Source: Verrucomicrobiota bacterium
GTDB taxonomy: Bacteria; Verrucomicrobiota; Verrucomicrobiia; Opitutales; LL51
DNA: 32,000 nt
Direction: 5' to 3'
Assembly: GCA_021294815.2 (NCBI GenBank)
Contig: CP095464.1
Location: forward strand, 750,001-782,000
The position numbers were made by a program, and so were the translations under genes. Of the stretch, positions 7,815 to 17,571 are shown in pieces. The first letter of the stretch is position 1; each line of letters starts with the position of its first letter. The notes beneath the pieces were generated by a model. That model was not told the DNA's origin. It made no database searches and saw nothing but the letters and a program-made list of their open reading frames with translations.

Positions 7815-8447
7815 TTAAGGTAATCTCGCTGCTTGATAGAGCTGCTGGGTAATTCTCGCGAGTTTGGGACCGTATCCGGAGTCCATTGCCCAGGTTCCAC
7901 AGAGATCGAAAACCGTTTGGACTGTTCCGAAATTTGGGCCCGTTTCGATAAAGTGACGACGAGGATCGACGCAGGGGCGATGTAACGATTCTCGGGAAGC
8001 ATAGGCTTTTAAGTGTTGAATGTGTGCGCGTATGCCCTCTCGAACCGAGGCGAAAGAAGCACCGCGAGCTGCGTTGTCGACACAGCCAATGCCGGCAAAG
8101 TTATTTTGTTCCGGTCGAACATTTCCTGTAAAGCGCAAAAAAGCCGTCTCGACGATCATTTGTGAAAGTGCAACCCAGACATTGATCGATTCGATAGCCG
8201 ATTCCTGAAAGTATATATCGACGATTGTTCTTATTTTTTCAGTGGGAATTGCGGGATTGTTTTGGCTAATAAAATCGACGATTTTAGTTTTACTGAAGCG
8301 GTTTTTAGGTGCTTTTTTAGACGTGTAGATCCAGAAAATCGCAGGAGTACTGGGAGGTGTATCGGAAGCAACGGTCCACAATATGAACACACTGCCGCCG
8401 ATTAAAAATAACAGAAAAAGGCCCCATATCCTTAGAAATTTTTTCAT
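7815..8447 (-). CDS. Membrane-anchored glucosaminidase-domain (FlgJ C-terminal/PF01832-like) peptidoglycan hydrolase
   Basis: N-terminal signal-anchor MKKFLRIWGLFLLFLIGGSVFILW. Motifs are SQMIVETAFL (catalytic Glu context), NNFAGIG (like nNlFGik) and WAMDSGYGPKL (like YAtDpxYaxKL). ATG at 8447 is preferred over the upstream alternative start at 8462. Confidence 0.6.
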   Translation of the reverse strand: MKKFLRIWGLFLLFLIGGSVFILWTVASDTPPSTPAIFWIYTSKKAPKNRFSKTKIVDFISQNNPAIPTEKIRTIVDIYFQESAIESINVWVALSQMIVETAFLRFTGNVRPEQNNFAGIGCVDNAARGASFASVREGIRAHIQHLKAYASRESLHRPCVDPRRHFIETGPNFGTVQTVFDLCGTWAMDSGYGPKLARITQQLYQAARLP

Positions 8448-8455
8448 AACGCAAT

Positions 8456-9349
8456 TTAACAACAGTGCAGTGGTTCTTCTGATGGTTGCTCCTCAAAACG
8501 CGCTAAATACGCGACGCTAGGGATAATAATCATCGCACCTAAAACAACATTCAGCGCAATGGGTTCATGAAAAATAAGGTAACCTAACGTACTCGCTAAA
8601 ATGAGTTCCACATAACGGAAGGGTGCCGTTGCAGAAACATCTACATCGCGGAATGCCATTAAAATGCAGTAGAGTAGGCCGTTTGCACCAATTCCTAGCG
8701 CGATAAGTAGCGCCAATGTACCTCCGCTTTGTGTAAAAATAGGCGTAACGGGAATTTTCAAGAAAATCATAGCAATTGTTGTGATGCCAAGTGTTGCGAG
8801 TCCGGTGAAAAATAGACTTCCGAGCGTTGTTTCCCGCGTCACGAGAAGCTTGTTGAGGACATCGAGTAGCGCGAAAAGAATCGCCGAAACGAGAAAGAGC
8901 GAAGCGATAGGGATGGGGAACGACGCGGTCTTGGGATTGAGTACAACACAGACTCCGAGAAATCCGCAAAGTGTGGCGATGATACGCTGCTTCCCGACTT
9001 TTTCTTTCAAAATCAGTGCTGCAAGCAACAAAGTAAACATCGGCGTCGTAAAATTGATGAGGCAGGCAACCGCGAGCTGAGATTGATTGAGACCGTAACA
9101 CCAAATAAACATTCCAAGGGCGAGGATTGCGCCACGGATACTATTGGCTGGCCAGTAACGAAGCGATAGCGAGTGCATATCGCGCAAAACAGAAGGCACA
9201 AGTATCAATGTACTCCAAAAAAAGCGACCGAAAATAACCTGTAACGGGTTCAGTGTCTCTTCGAGCAATTTCGTAAGGACGTCATTAGTTTCACAGACGA
9301 CAAGACTCGCTAAAAACCACATAATGCCCCGGGCGTAAGATTTCGCCAT
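8456..9349 (-). CDS. EamA/DMT-family transporter (10 TM)
   Basis: 297 aa, two repeated 5-TM halves, typical drug/metabolite transporter topology. ATG at 9347-9349. Confidence 0.8.
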   Translation of the reverse strand: MAKSYARGIMWFLASLVVCETNDVLTKLLEETLNPLQVIFGRFFWSTLILVPSVLRDMHSLSLRYWPANSIRGAILALGMFIWCYGLNQSQLAVACLINFTTPMFTLLLAALILKEKVGKQRIIATLCGFLGVCVVLNPKTASFPIPIASLFLVSAILFALLDVLNKLLVTRETTLGSLFFTGLATLGITTIAMIFLKIPVTPIFTQSGGTLALLIALGIGANGLLYCILMAFRDVDVSATAPFRYVELILASTLGYLIFHEPIALNVVLGAMIIIPSVAYLARFEEQPSEEPLHCC

Positions 9350-9388
9350 ACGGGCAATGGGAGCAAATTGCGTTTATGCCGTCAAGTT

Positions 9389-9700
9389 TTAATTAAATTT
9401 TTCCAAAATATCGCGTGCATTGAGGATGCCGACCGTCTGTGCGATCAGTTGACCATTTTGGAAGAAAAGTAACGTCGGAATCGAAGCGACGCCGTAAGCC
9501 TCGGCGAGCGTCGGGCATTCGTCGACGTCAACTTTGTAAATTGTGATCTCCGTCGAGACATCGGCGATAGATTCGAGAATTTTCCCAAGCGAACGACAGG
9601 GGCCACACCACGGTGCCCAAAAATCAACGATCACTTTTCCCTTCGCAGTGTCGAGCGTTTCTTTAAAAGTTGCTTCGTTTAAATGGATGATTTCTGCCAT
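9389..9700 (-). CDS. trxA: Thioredoxin
   Basis: 103 aa with the WCGPC active site (DFWAPWCGPCR) and the conserved SIPTLLFF..G pattern. Confidence 0.95.
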   Translation of the reverse strand: MAEIIHLNEATFKETLDTAKGKVIVDFWAPWCGPCRSLGKILESIADVSTEITIYKVDVDECPTLAEAYGVASIPTLLFFQNGQLIAQTVGILNARDILEKFN

Positions 9701-9737
9701 ACGTGGTGTGGTAAAGATCTCGATTGGAAATTCAAGT

Positions 9738-11270
9738 CTAGTCCTTACGCGGGAACAGAATCAGTGCCTCAGCGGCAATTTCTGTATGGGCCAATGAAGA
9801 ATGATCCCAGTTGAGAGCATTTCCCCATACCAGAGTATCGATGCGGAAAATCTTTAAAACTTGTTCTGCGACGGCGGGCATAATGGGGGCAAGAAGCGTT
9901 GTCGCTAATCGAATTGCTTCGACCGTGGTCGCGAGACACGTTGCCAACATCTCCTGGTCTTCTGTAGCGCTAGATTTGGCGAGCTTCCAGGGCATGCGCT
10001 GTTCCAAGTATCGGTTGATAGAGCGGATGAATCCAAACAGGATTTCGAGGGCTGTATTGAATTGCAGTTGTCTGTATTCTGATAAAACGCGATCACAGGT
10101 CGACTCCCAGCTATTGATGAGTTCTTTTTCTAAGATTGTGATTTTTTTAACTTCTGGAACGTGTCGTCCGCAGTAACGGGTTAACATATTGAGACAGCGA
10201 CTGATGAGGTTCCCAAAATCATTCCCGAGGTCGTCGTTGTAGCGCGACATGAATAGGTTGTGTGAAAAATTACTATCATGACCAACATTCATCTCGCGAA
10301 GAACAAAATAGCGGAACGCATCGGGGCCAAATCGCTGGATATAGTCCATGGGGTTGACGACGTTGCCGACGCTTTTTGACATTTTATCGCCGTTACTGAG
10401 CCACCAGCCATGGGTTAAGAAACATTTGGGCATAGGTAAATCTAACGCATGCAGCATCATCGTCCAATAAATCGCATGAGCCGGAACTAGAATATCTTTG
10501 CCAATCACATGGGCATCAACTGGCCAGTATTCTTTGAAGCGATCTGTGCCATAACCGACCGCGGAGATGTAGTTGACCAGTGCATCAAACCAGACGTAGG
10601 TGACATATTCTGAGTCGAAGGGCAGTTCGATCCCCCAAGAGAGCCGGTTCTTTGGGCGTGAGATACAGAGATCGTTAATTTCACCTTTTAGAAATTCCAG
10701 TACCTGCTTGGCGCGAAACTGAGGGAAGATGAAATTGGGATGCTTTTCAATATACTCGATTAGCCAAGTTTTGTGTTTTTGGAGACGGAAAAAGTAATTG
10801 GTTTCCGTAATTTCCGTGACTTCACCAAACTCGAGTTCCGGCCAAACGCCATCAACCTTATCTTTCTCTTGTAGAAACCGTTCGACGCGTGCACTGTAAA
10901 ATCCCGTGTATTGCGCCTGATAAATTTCGCCCTGATCATAGAGCTTCTGAAGGATTTCCCGAACAACGCGTTCATGCCGAGGTTGCGTTGTCCGAATATA
11001 GTCGTCGTACGCGATATGGAGCGACTGGCACATCGCGATAAACTCATCAGCGACGCGATCACAAAGCGTTTGAGGAGTGATATTTTGGGATTCTGCGGTT
11101 TGCTGGACTTTTTGGCCATGTTCGTCGAGTCCCGTTAAAAAGTGAACGTCATCCCCCTGTAGTCGATGGACGCGGCAAATTGCATCCGCGAGAATTTTTT
11201 CGTAAGCATGTCCAAGGTGGGGGTGTCCATTGGCGTAGTCAATCGCGGTTGTCAGATAAAACTTCTTCAT
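9738..11270 (-). CDS. metG: Methionine--tRNA ligase
   Basis: HIGH-type motif (GHPHLGHAYE) and KMSKS (DKMSKSVGN). MKKFYLTTAIDYANG is a typical N-terminus, so ATG at 11268-11270 is preferred over the TTG at 11318. Confidence 0.95.
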   Translation of the reverse strand: MKKFYLTTAIDYANGHPHLGHAYEKILADAICRVHRLQGDDVHFLTGLDEHGQKVQQTAESQNITPQTLCDRVADEFIAMCQSLHIAYDDYIRTTQPRHERVVREILQKLYDQGEIYQAQYTGFYSARVERFLQEKDKVDGVWPELEFGEVTEITETNYFFRLQKHKTWLIEYIEKHPNFIFPQFRAKQVLEFLKGEINDLCISRPKNRLSWGIELPFDSEYVTYVWFDALVNYISAVGYGTDRFKEYWPVDAHVIGKDILVPAHAIYWTMMLHALDLPMPKCFLTHGWWLSNGDKMSKSVGNVVNPMDYIQRFGPDAFRYFVLREMNVGHDSNFSHNLFMSRYNDDLGNDFGNLISRCLNMLTRYCGRHVPEVKKITILEKELINSWESTCDRVLSEYRQLQFNTALEILFGFIRSINRYLEQRMPWKLAKSSATEDQEMLATCLATTVEAIRLATTLLAPIMPAVAEQVLKIFRIDTLVWGNALNWDHSSLAHTEIAAEALILFPRKD

Positions 11271-11396
11271 AACACTAGGGTTAAGGCGGTATCGATGCTC
11301 GCAAAGATCGCAACTCAATTTATGACGAAATGAATGCCCTGTATATGCGAATTTGATTGAAAATTAACGATATGCGTTCAGAGTTGTCCCTTGCAT

Positions 11397-12263
11397 ATGA
11401 GCATGTTTTCGGGGTTGATAACGGCTTTGATCACACCATTTTGCGATGGCGTTTTTGATGCGATGAGTTTTAAGCGTCTTCTGGCGGAACAGGAGGTTGC
11501 TGATGGTATTGTTGTCGGTGGGACAACGGGGGAGTCGCCGACAATCACGTTTGAGGAATTACGACAGGCGATTAACTGTGCTCGCGAGTGTTGTGCGAAG
11601 CAAAAATTGATTGTGGGCATCGGTAGCAACAATACTCACGAAACGATCGAAAAAATGACGATCCTAGAGCAAATGCCGGGGATTGATGCTTACCTTGTGA
11701 TCGCGCCTTATTACAACCGTCCGAGCGACCTTGGGATTTTTGAACACTATTCGGCAATCGCGGAGTCGACACGTCGCCCAATTATTCTGTATTCAAACCC
11801 CATTCGTTGTGGAGTGGAGATTTCCATCGACAACGTAATCCGCCTTGCGGAAGAAAACAAAAACATCGTAGGTATCAAAGAGGCGACTAACTGTTGTTCT
11901 CGCATTGACGACCTTTATCGCTCGTTGCCCGAAGATTTCGCAATTTTGAGCGGTAACGATAACATGACACTCCCGTTTATGGCTTTGGGTGCTTGTGGCG
12001 TTATCAGTGCTTGTTCTAACGTTTTAGTTCGAGAGATGAAGCAACTTGTCGACTTAGCAAATGCCGGGAAATTCACGGAGGTGCGTGCGATTCATACGGC
12101 TCTTATTCCAAAAATGCGATTGTTGTTTGAAGAGCCTAATCCAATCGTTATCAAGTATGTGCTCGCATCACGAAGGATTTTGCGTTCAGCCGAAGTCCGC
12201 TTGCCGTTGTACGTCGACGCCGAGGAGCGATTAGAGGAGATTGCTGCGGAATTCCATCATTAA
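11397..12263 (+). CDS. dapA: 4-hydroxy-tetrahydrodipicolinate synthase
   Basis: GGTTGESPT motif and the Schiff-base lysine context (VGIKEATN), at DapA length. ATG at 11397 (TTG at 11391 is possible). Confidence 0.9.
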   Translation: MSMFSGLITALITPFCDGVFDAMSFKRLLAEQEVADGIVVGGTTGESPTITFEELRQAINCARECCAKQKLIVGIGSNNTHETIEKMTILEQMPGIDAYLVIAPYYNRPSDLGIFEHYSAIAESTRRPIILYSNPIRCGVEISIDNVIRLAEENKNIVGIKEATNCCSRIDDLYRSLPEDFAILSGNDNMTLPFMALGACGVISACSNVLVREMKQLVDLANAGKFTEVRAIHTALIPKMRLLFEEPNPIVIKYVLASRRILRSAEVRLPLYVDAEERLEEIAAEFHH

Positions 12264-13094
12264 GTGCTGGGTTACTGGAAAGTTGCGATTGATCCGTTTT
12301 TGGTCCATTTCCCGTCGGGTTGGGGTTTGGAGGGAATCCGCTGGTATGGGCTGTTTTATGTCGTCAATTTTTTCCTCTTAGAGTTTTTTTTGTACCGCTA
12401 TTCCCGACAAAAGATTTCACCGCTAGATACCGCCCAAAGCGATCGTCTATTGTTTATTTTCGCGTTAGGAGCTGTCATTGGGGGACGTATTGGGTACTGT
12501 TTTTTTTACAATTTTGATCACTTTGTTCGGGATCCATTCGTCGTTTTTCGTGTTTGGGAGGGCGGCATGGCGAGCCATGGAGGTTTTCTTGGAGCTATTT
12601 TGGCGTTGTTTTATTTTGCGTGGCGTTACCACTGCGATGTGTTTTGGATTGCGGACCTTTTTGCCGCCACCATTCCGTTATGTCTCGGTTTAGGGCGATT
12701 AGGCAACTTCATTAATTCAGAACTCGTCGGACGCGTTACAGAGGTCCCTTGGGGCGTTATCTTCCCCCGTACCGATCCATTTGTTCGCCACCCATCGCAA
12801 TTATACGAGGCTTTTCTTGAAGGATTTTCCCTCTTCATTGTTCTTCAAATTTTGCTTTATAGGCAGTACGGTACGACAAAATTGCGAACATGGCGTTCTG
12901 GGATAATTAGTGGTATTTTTCTCGTTGGGTACGCGTTGATGCGGATCATTTGCGAGGTTTTGCGAGAGCCCGATGCGTCACTCATTTTTGGAATGACACG
13001 GGGACAGTATTACAGCCTCTACCTATTTCTTTTAGGCGTTGCGTTGTTGTACCTACGTCGGCCGAAAACTTCAATATCCCCACGCGAGCCATAA
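12264..13094 (+). CDS. lgt: Phosphatidylglycerol--prolipoprotein diacylglyceryl transferase
   Basis: Lgt motifs IRWYGLFY, MASHGGFLGA and GRLGNFINSELVGR. GTG start directly abuts the dapA stop (taa|gtg). Confidence 0.9.
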   Translation: MLGYWKVAIDPFLVHFPSGWGLEGIRWYGLFYVVNFFLLEFFLYRYSRQKISPLDTAQSDRLLFIFALGAVIGGRIGYCFFYNFDHFVRDPFVVFRVWEGGMASHGGFLGAILALFYFAWRYHCDVFWIADLFAATIPLCLGLGRLGNFINSELVGRVTEVPWGVIFPRTDPFVRHPSQLYEAFLEGFSLFIVLQILLYRQYGTTKLRTWRSGIISGIFLVGYALMRIICEVLREPDASLIFGMTRGQYYSLYLFLLGVALLYLRRPKTSISPREP

Positions 13095-13133
13095 TAGGCT
13101 TGTCCTTTTTGCACAAAAATTACGTCCTTACCT

Positions 13134-15695
13134 ATGGTTCAGGAGCGTGCGTCGTACGATTTTCAAAAAATTGAGCCGTTTTGGCAAAAGAAGTGGCTTG
13201 AGGGAAAGACTTTTTGTGCACAGGATGGCAATGGAAAAAAATATTATGCCTTAGATATGTTTCCCTATCCTTCAGGCGCAGGGCTGCATATCGGCCACCC
13301 CGAGGGTTATACCGCGTCGGACATTTTAGTGCGTTATAAGTGGGCGAAGGGGTACAATGTATTGCATCCAATGGGGTGGGATGCGTTTGGTCTCCCGGCA
13401 GAGCAACATGCGATCGCGACTGGTAAACACCCTTCGATTAATACGGCGGCGAACATCGACCGTTTCCGTACCCAGATTCAATCGCTAGGGTTTGCAATTG
13501 ATTGGGATCGCGAAGTCAACACGACGTCACCCGATTACTACCGATGGACGCAGTGGATCTTTTTGCAATTGTTTAAGCACGGTCTTGCGTATGTCGGTGA
13601 TAAGCCGGTATGGTGGTGCCCCGAACTGCGGGCAGTACTGTCCAATGAAGAGGTCATTGATGGAAAGTCAGAGCGTGGAGAGTTTCCTGTCGAGCGACGT
13701 AATTTACGGCAATGGGTTTTGCGGATTACCCGTTATGCTGACCGTCTTTTAGAGGGGCTTAACGATCTCGATTGGCCGGATTCGACCAAGCGGCAACAGA
13801 TTGAGTGGATTGGGCGTTCAGAAGGTGCGGAGGTTGATTTTGAAGTCGTCGGGAATCCTCGAGAAAAGATTTCGGTTTATACCACGCGCCCAGATACGCT
13901 TTACGGAGCAACATTTTTAGTCATCGCCCCGGAGCATCCATTAGTGTCGAAAATTACAAGTTCGGAGCAACGGAAGGCTGTTGATGCCTATGTCGAGCAA
14001 GCGAAACATAAGAGCGATTTGGAGCGAACGGGCCTCGCCAAAGATAAAACCGGTGTGTTTTCGGGAAGTTACGCGCGCAATCCGTTGAACGGTCGTGAAA
14101 TTCCGATTTGGATCGCGGATTATGTTTTGATTTCCTATGGTACGGGAGCGATTATGGCGGTACCGGCACACGATGAGCGCGATTACGCCTTTGCCAAAGA
14201 ATTTCATTTGCCCATTATCCCGGTCATTCAGCCTAGTGATCCGAGCCAAGCGCCTAAAGATCAAGCCTACATTGCGGAGGGTGTAATGATCAATTCCGGA
14301 CCTTGTGATGGCCTCACGAATGAGGAAGCGAAAAAGAAGGTAATTGAGATTTTGGAGGAACAAGGCTGTGGGAATCGCGCGATCCAGTATAAGCTCCGCG
14401 ATTGGCTGTTTTCTCGTCAACGTTACTGGGGCGAACCGATTCCGATTTTGTGGATTGAGCGCGCGGCATATGATCAAGCGCTCCAGAGTGGAAAGGCGTA
14501 TTTTAAAGACGACGTCCCTCAAGAAGCGGTCAGTTATACGAAAGATGGTGTCGAGTGGTGCGCGATTCCGGTAGCATGGGATCAACTACCGCTCAAGCTT
14601 CCCGAGGTAACGTCGTACCTACCATCAGATAGCGGTGAAAGTCCACTAGCGAACGCCCAGGATTGGCTCCATGTTTATGTTGACCTGCATATCGGTGCGA
14701 TCTCGCAAAATTCTGGCGAGGGAAAAGTACCGGCGACACGTGAGACCAATACAATGCCTCAGTGGGCCGGTTCATGTTGGTACTACTTGCGCTATCTTTC
14801 ACCTCATGAAGAAGCGGCACTAGTTAATCCGGAGGCGGAAGCCTACTGGGGCTGTCCGGATTTTTACATCGGTGGTGCTGAGCATGCCGTATTGCACTTA
14901 CTTTACGCGCGGTTTTGGCATCAGTTTTTGTATGATATTGGTGCAATCAAAGCTTCGAAGGAGCCCTTTCCAAAACTCTATCATCAAGGGATTATCTTGG
15001 GAAGTGATGGTAGCAAGATGTCGAAGAGTCGAGGCAATGTTATCAATCCGGATGATATCGTCCAACAGTACGGTGCGGACTCGCTGCGCCTTTATGAGAT
15101 GTTTTTGGGGCCACTGAACGCGATGAAGCCGTGGAGTGAGCGTGGTATTGAGGGCGTTCACCGCTTTTTGAAAAAAGTATGGACGATGTACATTGGTGCA
15201 GATGGGGAGACAAAGCCGTTTATCGATGTTCCAGTGTCTGAAGTCGAGAAAAGTATCAATGAGACGATCGAGAAAGTGACAAACGACATCGAGATGCTCC
15301 AGTTCAATACGGCGATTTCGCAGATGATGATTTTTGTTAACAACGCGAAAAACCACGGATTGACCAAGGAGCAGGGGCGGCAATTTCTTCAACTCTTAGC
15401 GCCGTTTGCGCCCCATATTGCAGAGGAGCTATGGTATCGCATCGGTGAGCCATTTTCGATCGCACATGTACCGTGGCCAGTTGCTAAGACGATAGCAAAA
15501 TCCTCAACGCAAAAAATCGTTGTCCAAATCAATGGTAAGGTTCGTGGTGAGTTGGAGGTCCCTTCTGGAACAGGGCAAGCGGCGGTCGAAGAAAAGGCGC
15601 AGGCACTATCTAAAATCGAACCCTATCTCCGCGATCATAAAATCATCAAGAAGATCTACATTCCTGGAAAAATTCTCAACATCGTTGTTGAGTAA
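13134..15695 (+). CDS. leuS: Leucine--tRNA ligase
   Basis: 853 aa with HIGH motif (GLHIGHPEGY), KMSKS (SKMSKSRGN) and a typical bacterial LeuS editing-domain region. Confidence 0.97.
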   Translation: MVQERASYDFQKIEPFWQKKWLEGKTFCAQDGNGKKYYALDMFPYPSGAGLHIGHPEGYTASDILVRYKWAKGYNVLHPMGWDAFGLPAEQHAIATGKHPSINTAANIDRFRTQIQSLGFAIDWDREVNTTSPDYYRWTQWIFLQLFKHGLAYVGDKPVWWCPELRAVLSNEEVIDGKSERGEFPVERRNLRQWVLRITRYADRLLEGLNDLDWPDSTKRQQIEWIGRSEGAEVDFEVVGNPREKISVYTTRPDTLYGATFLVIAPEHPLVSKITSSEQRKAVDAYVEQAKHKSDLERTGLAKDKTGVFSGSYARNPLNGREIPIWIADYVLISYGTGAIMAVPAHDERDYAFAKEFHLPIIPVIQPSDPSQAPKDQAYIAEGVMINSGPCDGLTNEEAKKKVIEILEEQGCGNRAIQYKLRDWLFSRQRYWGEPIPILWIERAAYDQALQSGKAYFKDDVPQEAVSYTKDGVEWCAIPVAWDQLPLKLPEVTSYLPSDSGESPLANAQDWLHVYVDLHIGAISQNSGEGKVPATRETNTMPQWAGSCWYYLRYLSPHEEAALVNPEAEAYWGCPDFYIGGAEHAVLHLLYARFWHQFLYDIGAIKASKEPFPKLYHQGIILGSDGSKMSKSRGNVINPDDIVQQYGADSLRLYEMFLGPLNAMKPWSERGIEGVHRFLKKVWTMYIGADGETKPFIDVPVSEVEKSINETIEKVTNDIEMLQFNTAISQMMIFVNNAKNHGLTKEQGRQFLQLLAPFAPHIAEELWYRIGEPFSIAHVPWPVAKTIAKSSTQKIVVQINGKVRGELEVPSGTGQAAVEEKAQALSKIEPYLRDHKIIKKIYIPGKILNIVVE

Positions 15696-15705
15696 CAGTA
15701 ATAAG

Positions 15706-15736
15706 AAAGGCCCTCAAAAGAGGACCTTTTCTTTTT
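15706..15736. terminator. Bidirectional intrinsic terminator between the convergent genes leuS and hpf
   Basis: Hairpin aaaggccctc-aaaa-gaggaccttt (10-bp stem, one C/A mismatch). It is followed by tcttttt on the + strand and by tttcttatt on the - strand. Confidence 0.7.
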
Positions 15737-15752
15737 GAAAAAGTAAATTGTT

Positions 15753-16049
15753 CTACTTTTTGGTGCGCTCACTCAACTGGCGGTCAAGTTTTTGGATGAG
15801 TAGATCGATGGATTTGTAAAGATCGTCACTCGCAGAGGACGCAATGATATCAGGACCTTGAATTTCGATATGTCCTTTGGCAACAAATTCCGTCGCAGGA
15901 TCTTTTGTCGTCACGTGCTCGAGGTCGAAACGGATACGGATAATCCGTTCATCGCGACGGTAGAGCTTTTCGGCTTTTTCCGTAACGATTTGTTTCAGCG
16001 CCTCGGTAAGGTCGAGATGCACCCCAGAGATAATGATGTCTCTATCCAT
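15753..16049 (-). CDS. hpf: Ribosome hibernation promoting factor / RaiA family (short form)
   Basis: MDRDIIISGVHLDLTEALKQIVTEKAEKL...GHIEIQGPDIIASSASDDLYKSIDLLIQKLDRQL matches the HPF/YfiA pattern. ATG at 16047-16049 is preceded by an AGGTG Shine-Dalgarno. The longer 180-aa ORF would run into the divergent ABC gene. Confidence 0.85.
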   Translation of the reverse strand: MDRDIIISGVHLDLTEALKQIVTEKAEKLYRRDERIIRIRFDLEHVTTKDPATEFVAKGHIEIQGPDIIASSASDDLYKSIDLLIQKLDRQLSERTKK

Positions 16050-16119
16050 AAATTCACCTATTGGGCGCATCCTAAAGAGCTCGACTTTTTTGCAACCCTT
16101 TATATCAATTGCTGGTAGA

Positions 16120-16893
16120 ATGCCGGATCCTCTACTTTCAGTTCGTGAGCTTAGTATACGTTTTAGAGATGTAGCGCAGCCGACGGTATCGGGGATCAGC
16201 TTCGATCTTTTTCCCAAAAAAACGTTAGCGCTCGTTGGGGGGAGCGGAAGTGGGAAAACACTCATTGCGACGAACTTGGTACGCCTATCGGACAATGTCG
16301 AAATCTCGGGGAAAATTCTTTTCGAGGGGCGGGACGTTTTAGGTTTTTCTCCTAAAGATCTGGAACAGCTACGGCGCTGCGACCTGGCATATATTTTTCA
16401 AGAGCCCGCATTGGCCCTGAATCCGTCGCTGACAATCGGATACCAGTTGCGCGAAATTGTACAGGAGAAGGGGGCCGAGAAAAAGATCCGAACGATTTTA
16501 GAGCATGTCGGATTTCAGGATATTTCGAGAATTTTACGTGCCTATCCGCACGAACTTAGCGGGGGGATGCAACAGCGCGCGATGATTGCGCTGGCGTTAG
16601 TGAATAAACCCAAAATTCTCGTCGCCGATGAGCCAACAACGGCGCTCGACGTTGTTTTACAAAAACAAATCCTCGATCTTATCCGTCGACTTCAACAGGA
16701 TTTGGGTTTTGCATTGTTGTTGATTACCCATGATTTCGCGCTCCTTCCTTCGCTTGCCGATGAAGTGTGTGTGCTTAGTAACGGAAAAATCATTGAAAGA
16801 GGAACGCCGCAAGAAATTCTCAAACACCCGCAACAGACTTATACCAGGAGCCTCGTCGAATCGATCTTTACGCTCCCGCGTGTTGTTTCATAG
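16120..16893 (+). CDS. ABC transporter ATP-binding protein, OppD/DppD (peptide/nickel) type
   Basis: Walker A GGSGSGKT, signature LSGGMQQR, Walker B ILVADEPTTALD, and the HPQQTYTRSLV tail typical of Opp/Dpp ATPases. ATG at 16120 (MPDPLLSVRELSIRF). Confidence 0.9.
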   Translation: MPDPLLSVRELSIRFRDVAQPTVSGISFDLFPKKTLALVGGSGSGKTLIATNLVRLSDNVEISGKILFEGRDVLGFSPKDLEQLRRCDLAYIFQEPALALNPSLTIGYQLREIVQEKGAEKKIRTILEHVGFQDISRILRAYPHELSGGMQQRAMIALALVNKPKILVADEPTTALDVVLQKQILDLIRRLQQDLGFALLLITHDFALLPSLADEVCVLSNGKIIERGTPQEILKHPQQTYTRSLVESIFTLPRVVS

Positions 16894-17571
16894 AACAAAC
16901 TCCGGTGGCGCGATAAGGACGGCAAATTCTCCTTTGAGTGGAGGAAGTTGTAATAAAAGGTCGCTGGCGGTTCCCGTTAAGATGGTTTCGTGGAGCTTGG
17001 TAAGTTCTTTAGCGACCGAAATAACGCGTTGGGGCCCCATAACGTGCGCGATGTCTTGTAAAAATGCTTCGACGCGGTAACAGGATTCGTAGAAAATAAG
17101 TGTTGCGTTGAAATTCCGAAATTCTTCGAGCAATTGGAGACGCGCATGTTGTTTGTGTCCCGGAAAACCTAAAAATAAAAAGCGATTTGTGGGCAACCCC
17201 GAGGCCGAGAGCGCAGTGATTGCGGCATTAGGTCCCGGAATTGGAACAACGGGAATGTGAATTTTTTGGCACTCACGAACAATACGGAATCCCGGATCAC
17301 TGACCGTCGGTGTCCCTGCGTCACAGACCACGGCGAGATTTTCTCCATCGCGTAACTTTTGTACCAGATTGACGGCCTGTGTGATTTCGTTGAGATCGTG
17401 GTAAGCGATGAGGTTGGCCGTAACGCCGATGTTTTGGAAAACTTTTTTGGAAACACGCGTATCCTCGCATGCGATTGTCGTACAACACCGCAACGTTTCG
17501 GCTGCTCGAGGGGAAAGGTCGTTGAGATTCCCAATCGGTGTCGCAACAACAAAAAGCGTTCCAGTAGCCAT
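16888..17571 (-). CDS. rsmI: 16S rRNA (cytidine1402-2'-O)-methyltransferase, tetrapyrrole-methylase fold
   Basis: LFVVATPIGNLNDLSPRAAETL...IACEDTRVS is the RsmI N-terminal signature. 227 aa. Confidence 0.85.
   Translation of the reverse strand: MATGTLFVVATPIGNLNDLSPRAAETLRCCTTIACEDTRVSKKVFQNIGVTANLIAYHDLNEITQAVNLVQKLRDGENLAVVCDAGTPTVSDPGFRIVRECQKIHIPVVPIPGPNAAITALSASGLPTNRFLFLGFPGHKQHARLQLLEEFRNFNATLIFYESCYRVEAFLQDIAHVMGPQRVISVAKELTKLHETILTGTASDLLLQLPPLKGEFAVLIAPPEFVL

Noticed and set aside
8565-9104. A 179-aa ORF in an alternative frame of the EamA transporter gene.
   Set aside because: It overlaps a coherent 10-TM transporter frame on the same strand. Its R/C/H-rich composition is that of an off-frame translation.
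13941-14585. A 214-aa ORF on the minus strand inside leuS, with a similar 164-aa one at 14898..15392.
   Set aside because: Both are fully antisense to a strongly supported, motif-rich leuS frame. Their protein sequences are low-complexity and R-rich, as is typical of shadow ORFs, and they have no independent signals.
16050-16295. An N-terminal extension of the hpf ORF to 180 aa.
   Set aside because: The extension has no HPF similarity and would overlap the divergent ABC ATPase start. The internal ATG at 16049 has an AGGTG SD and gives a canonical 98-aa short HPF.
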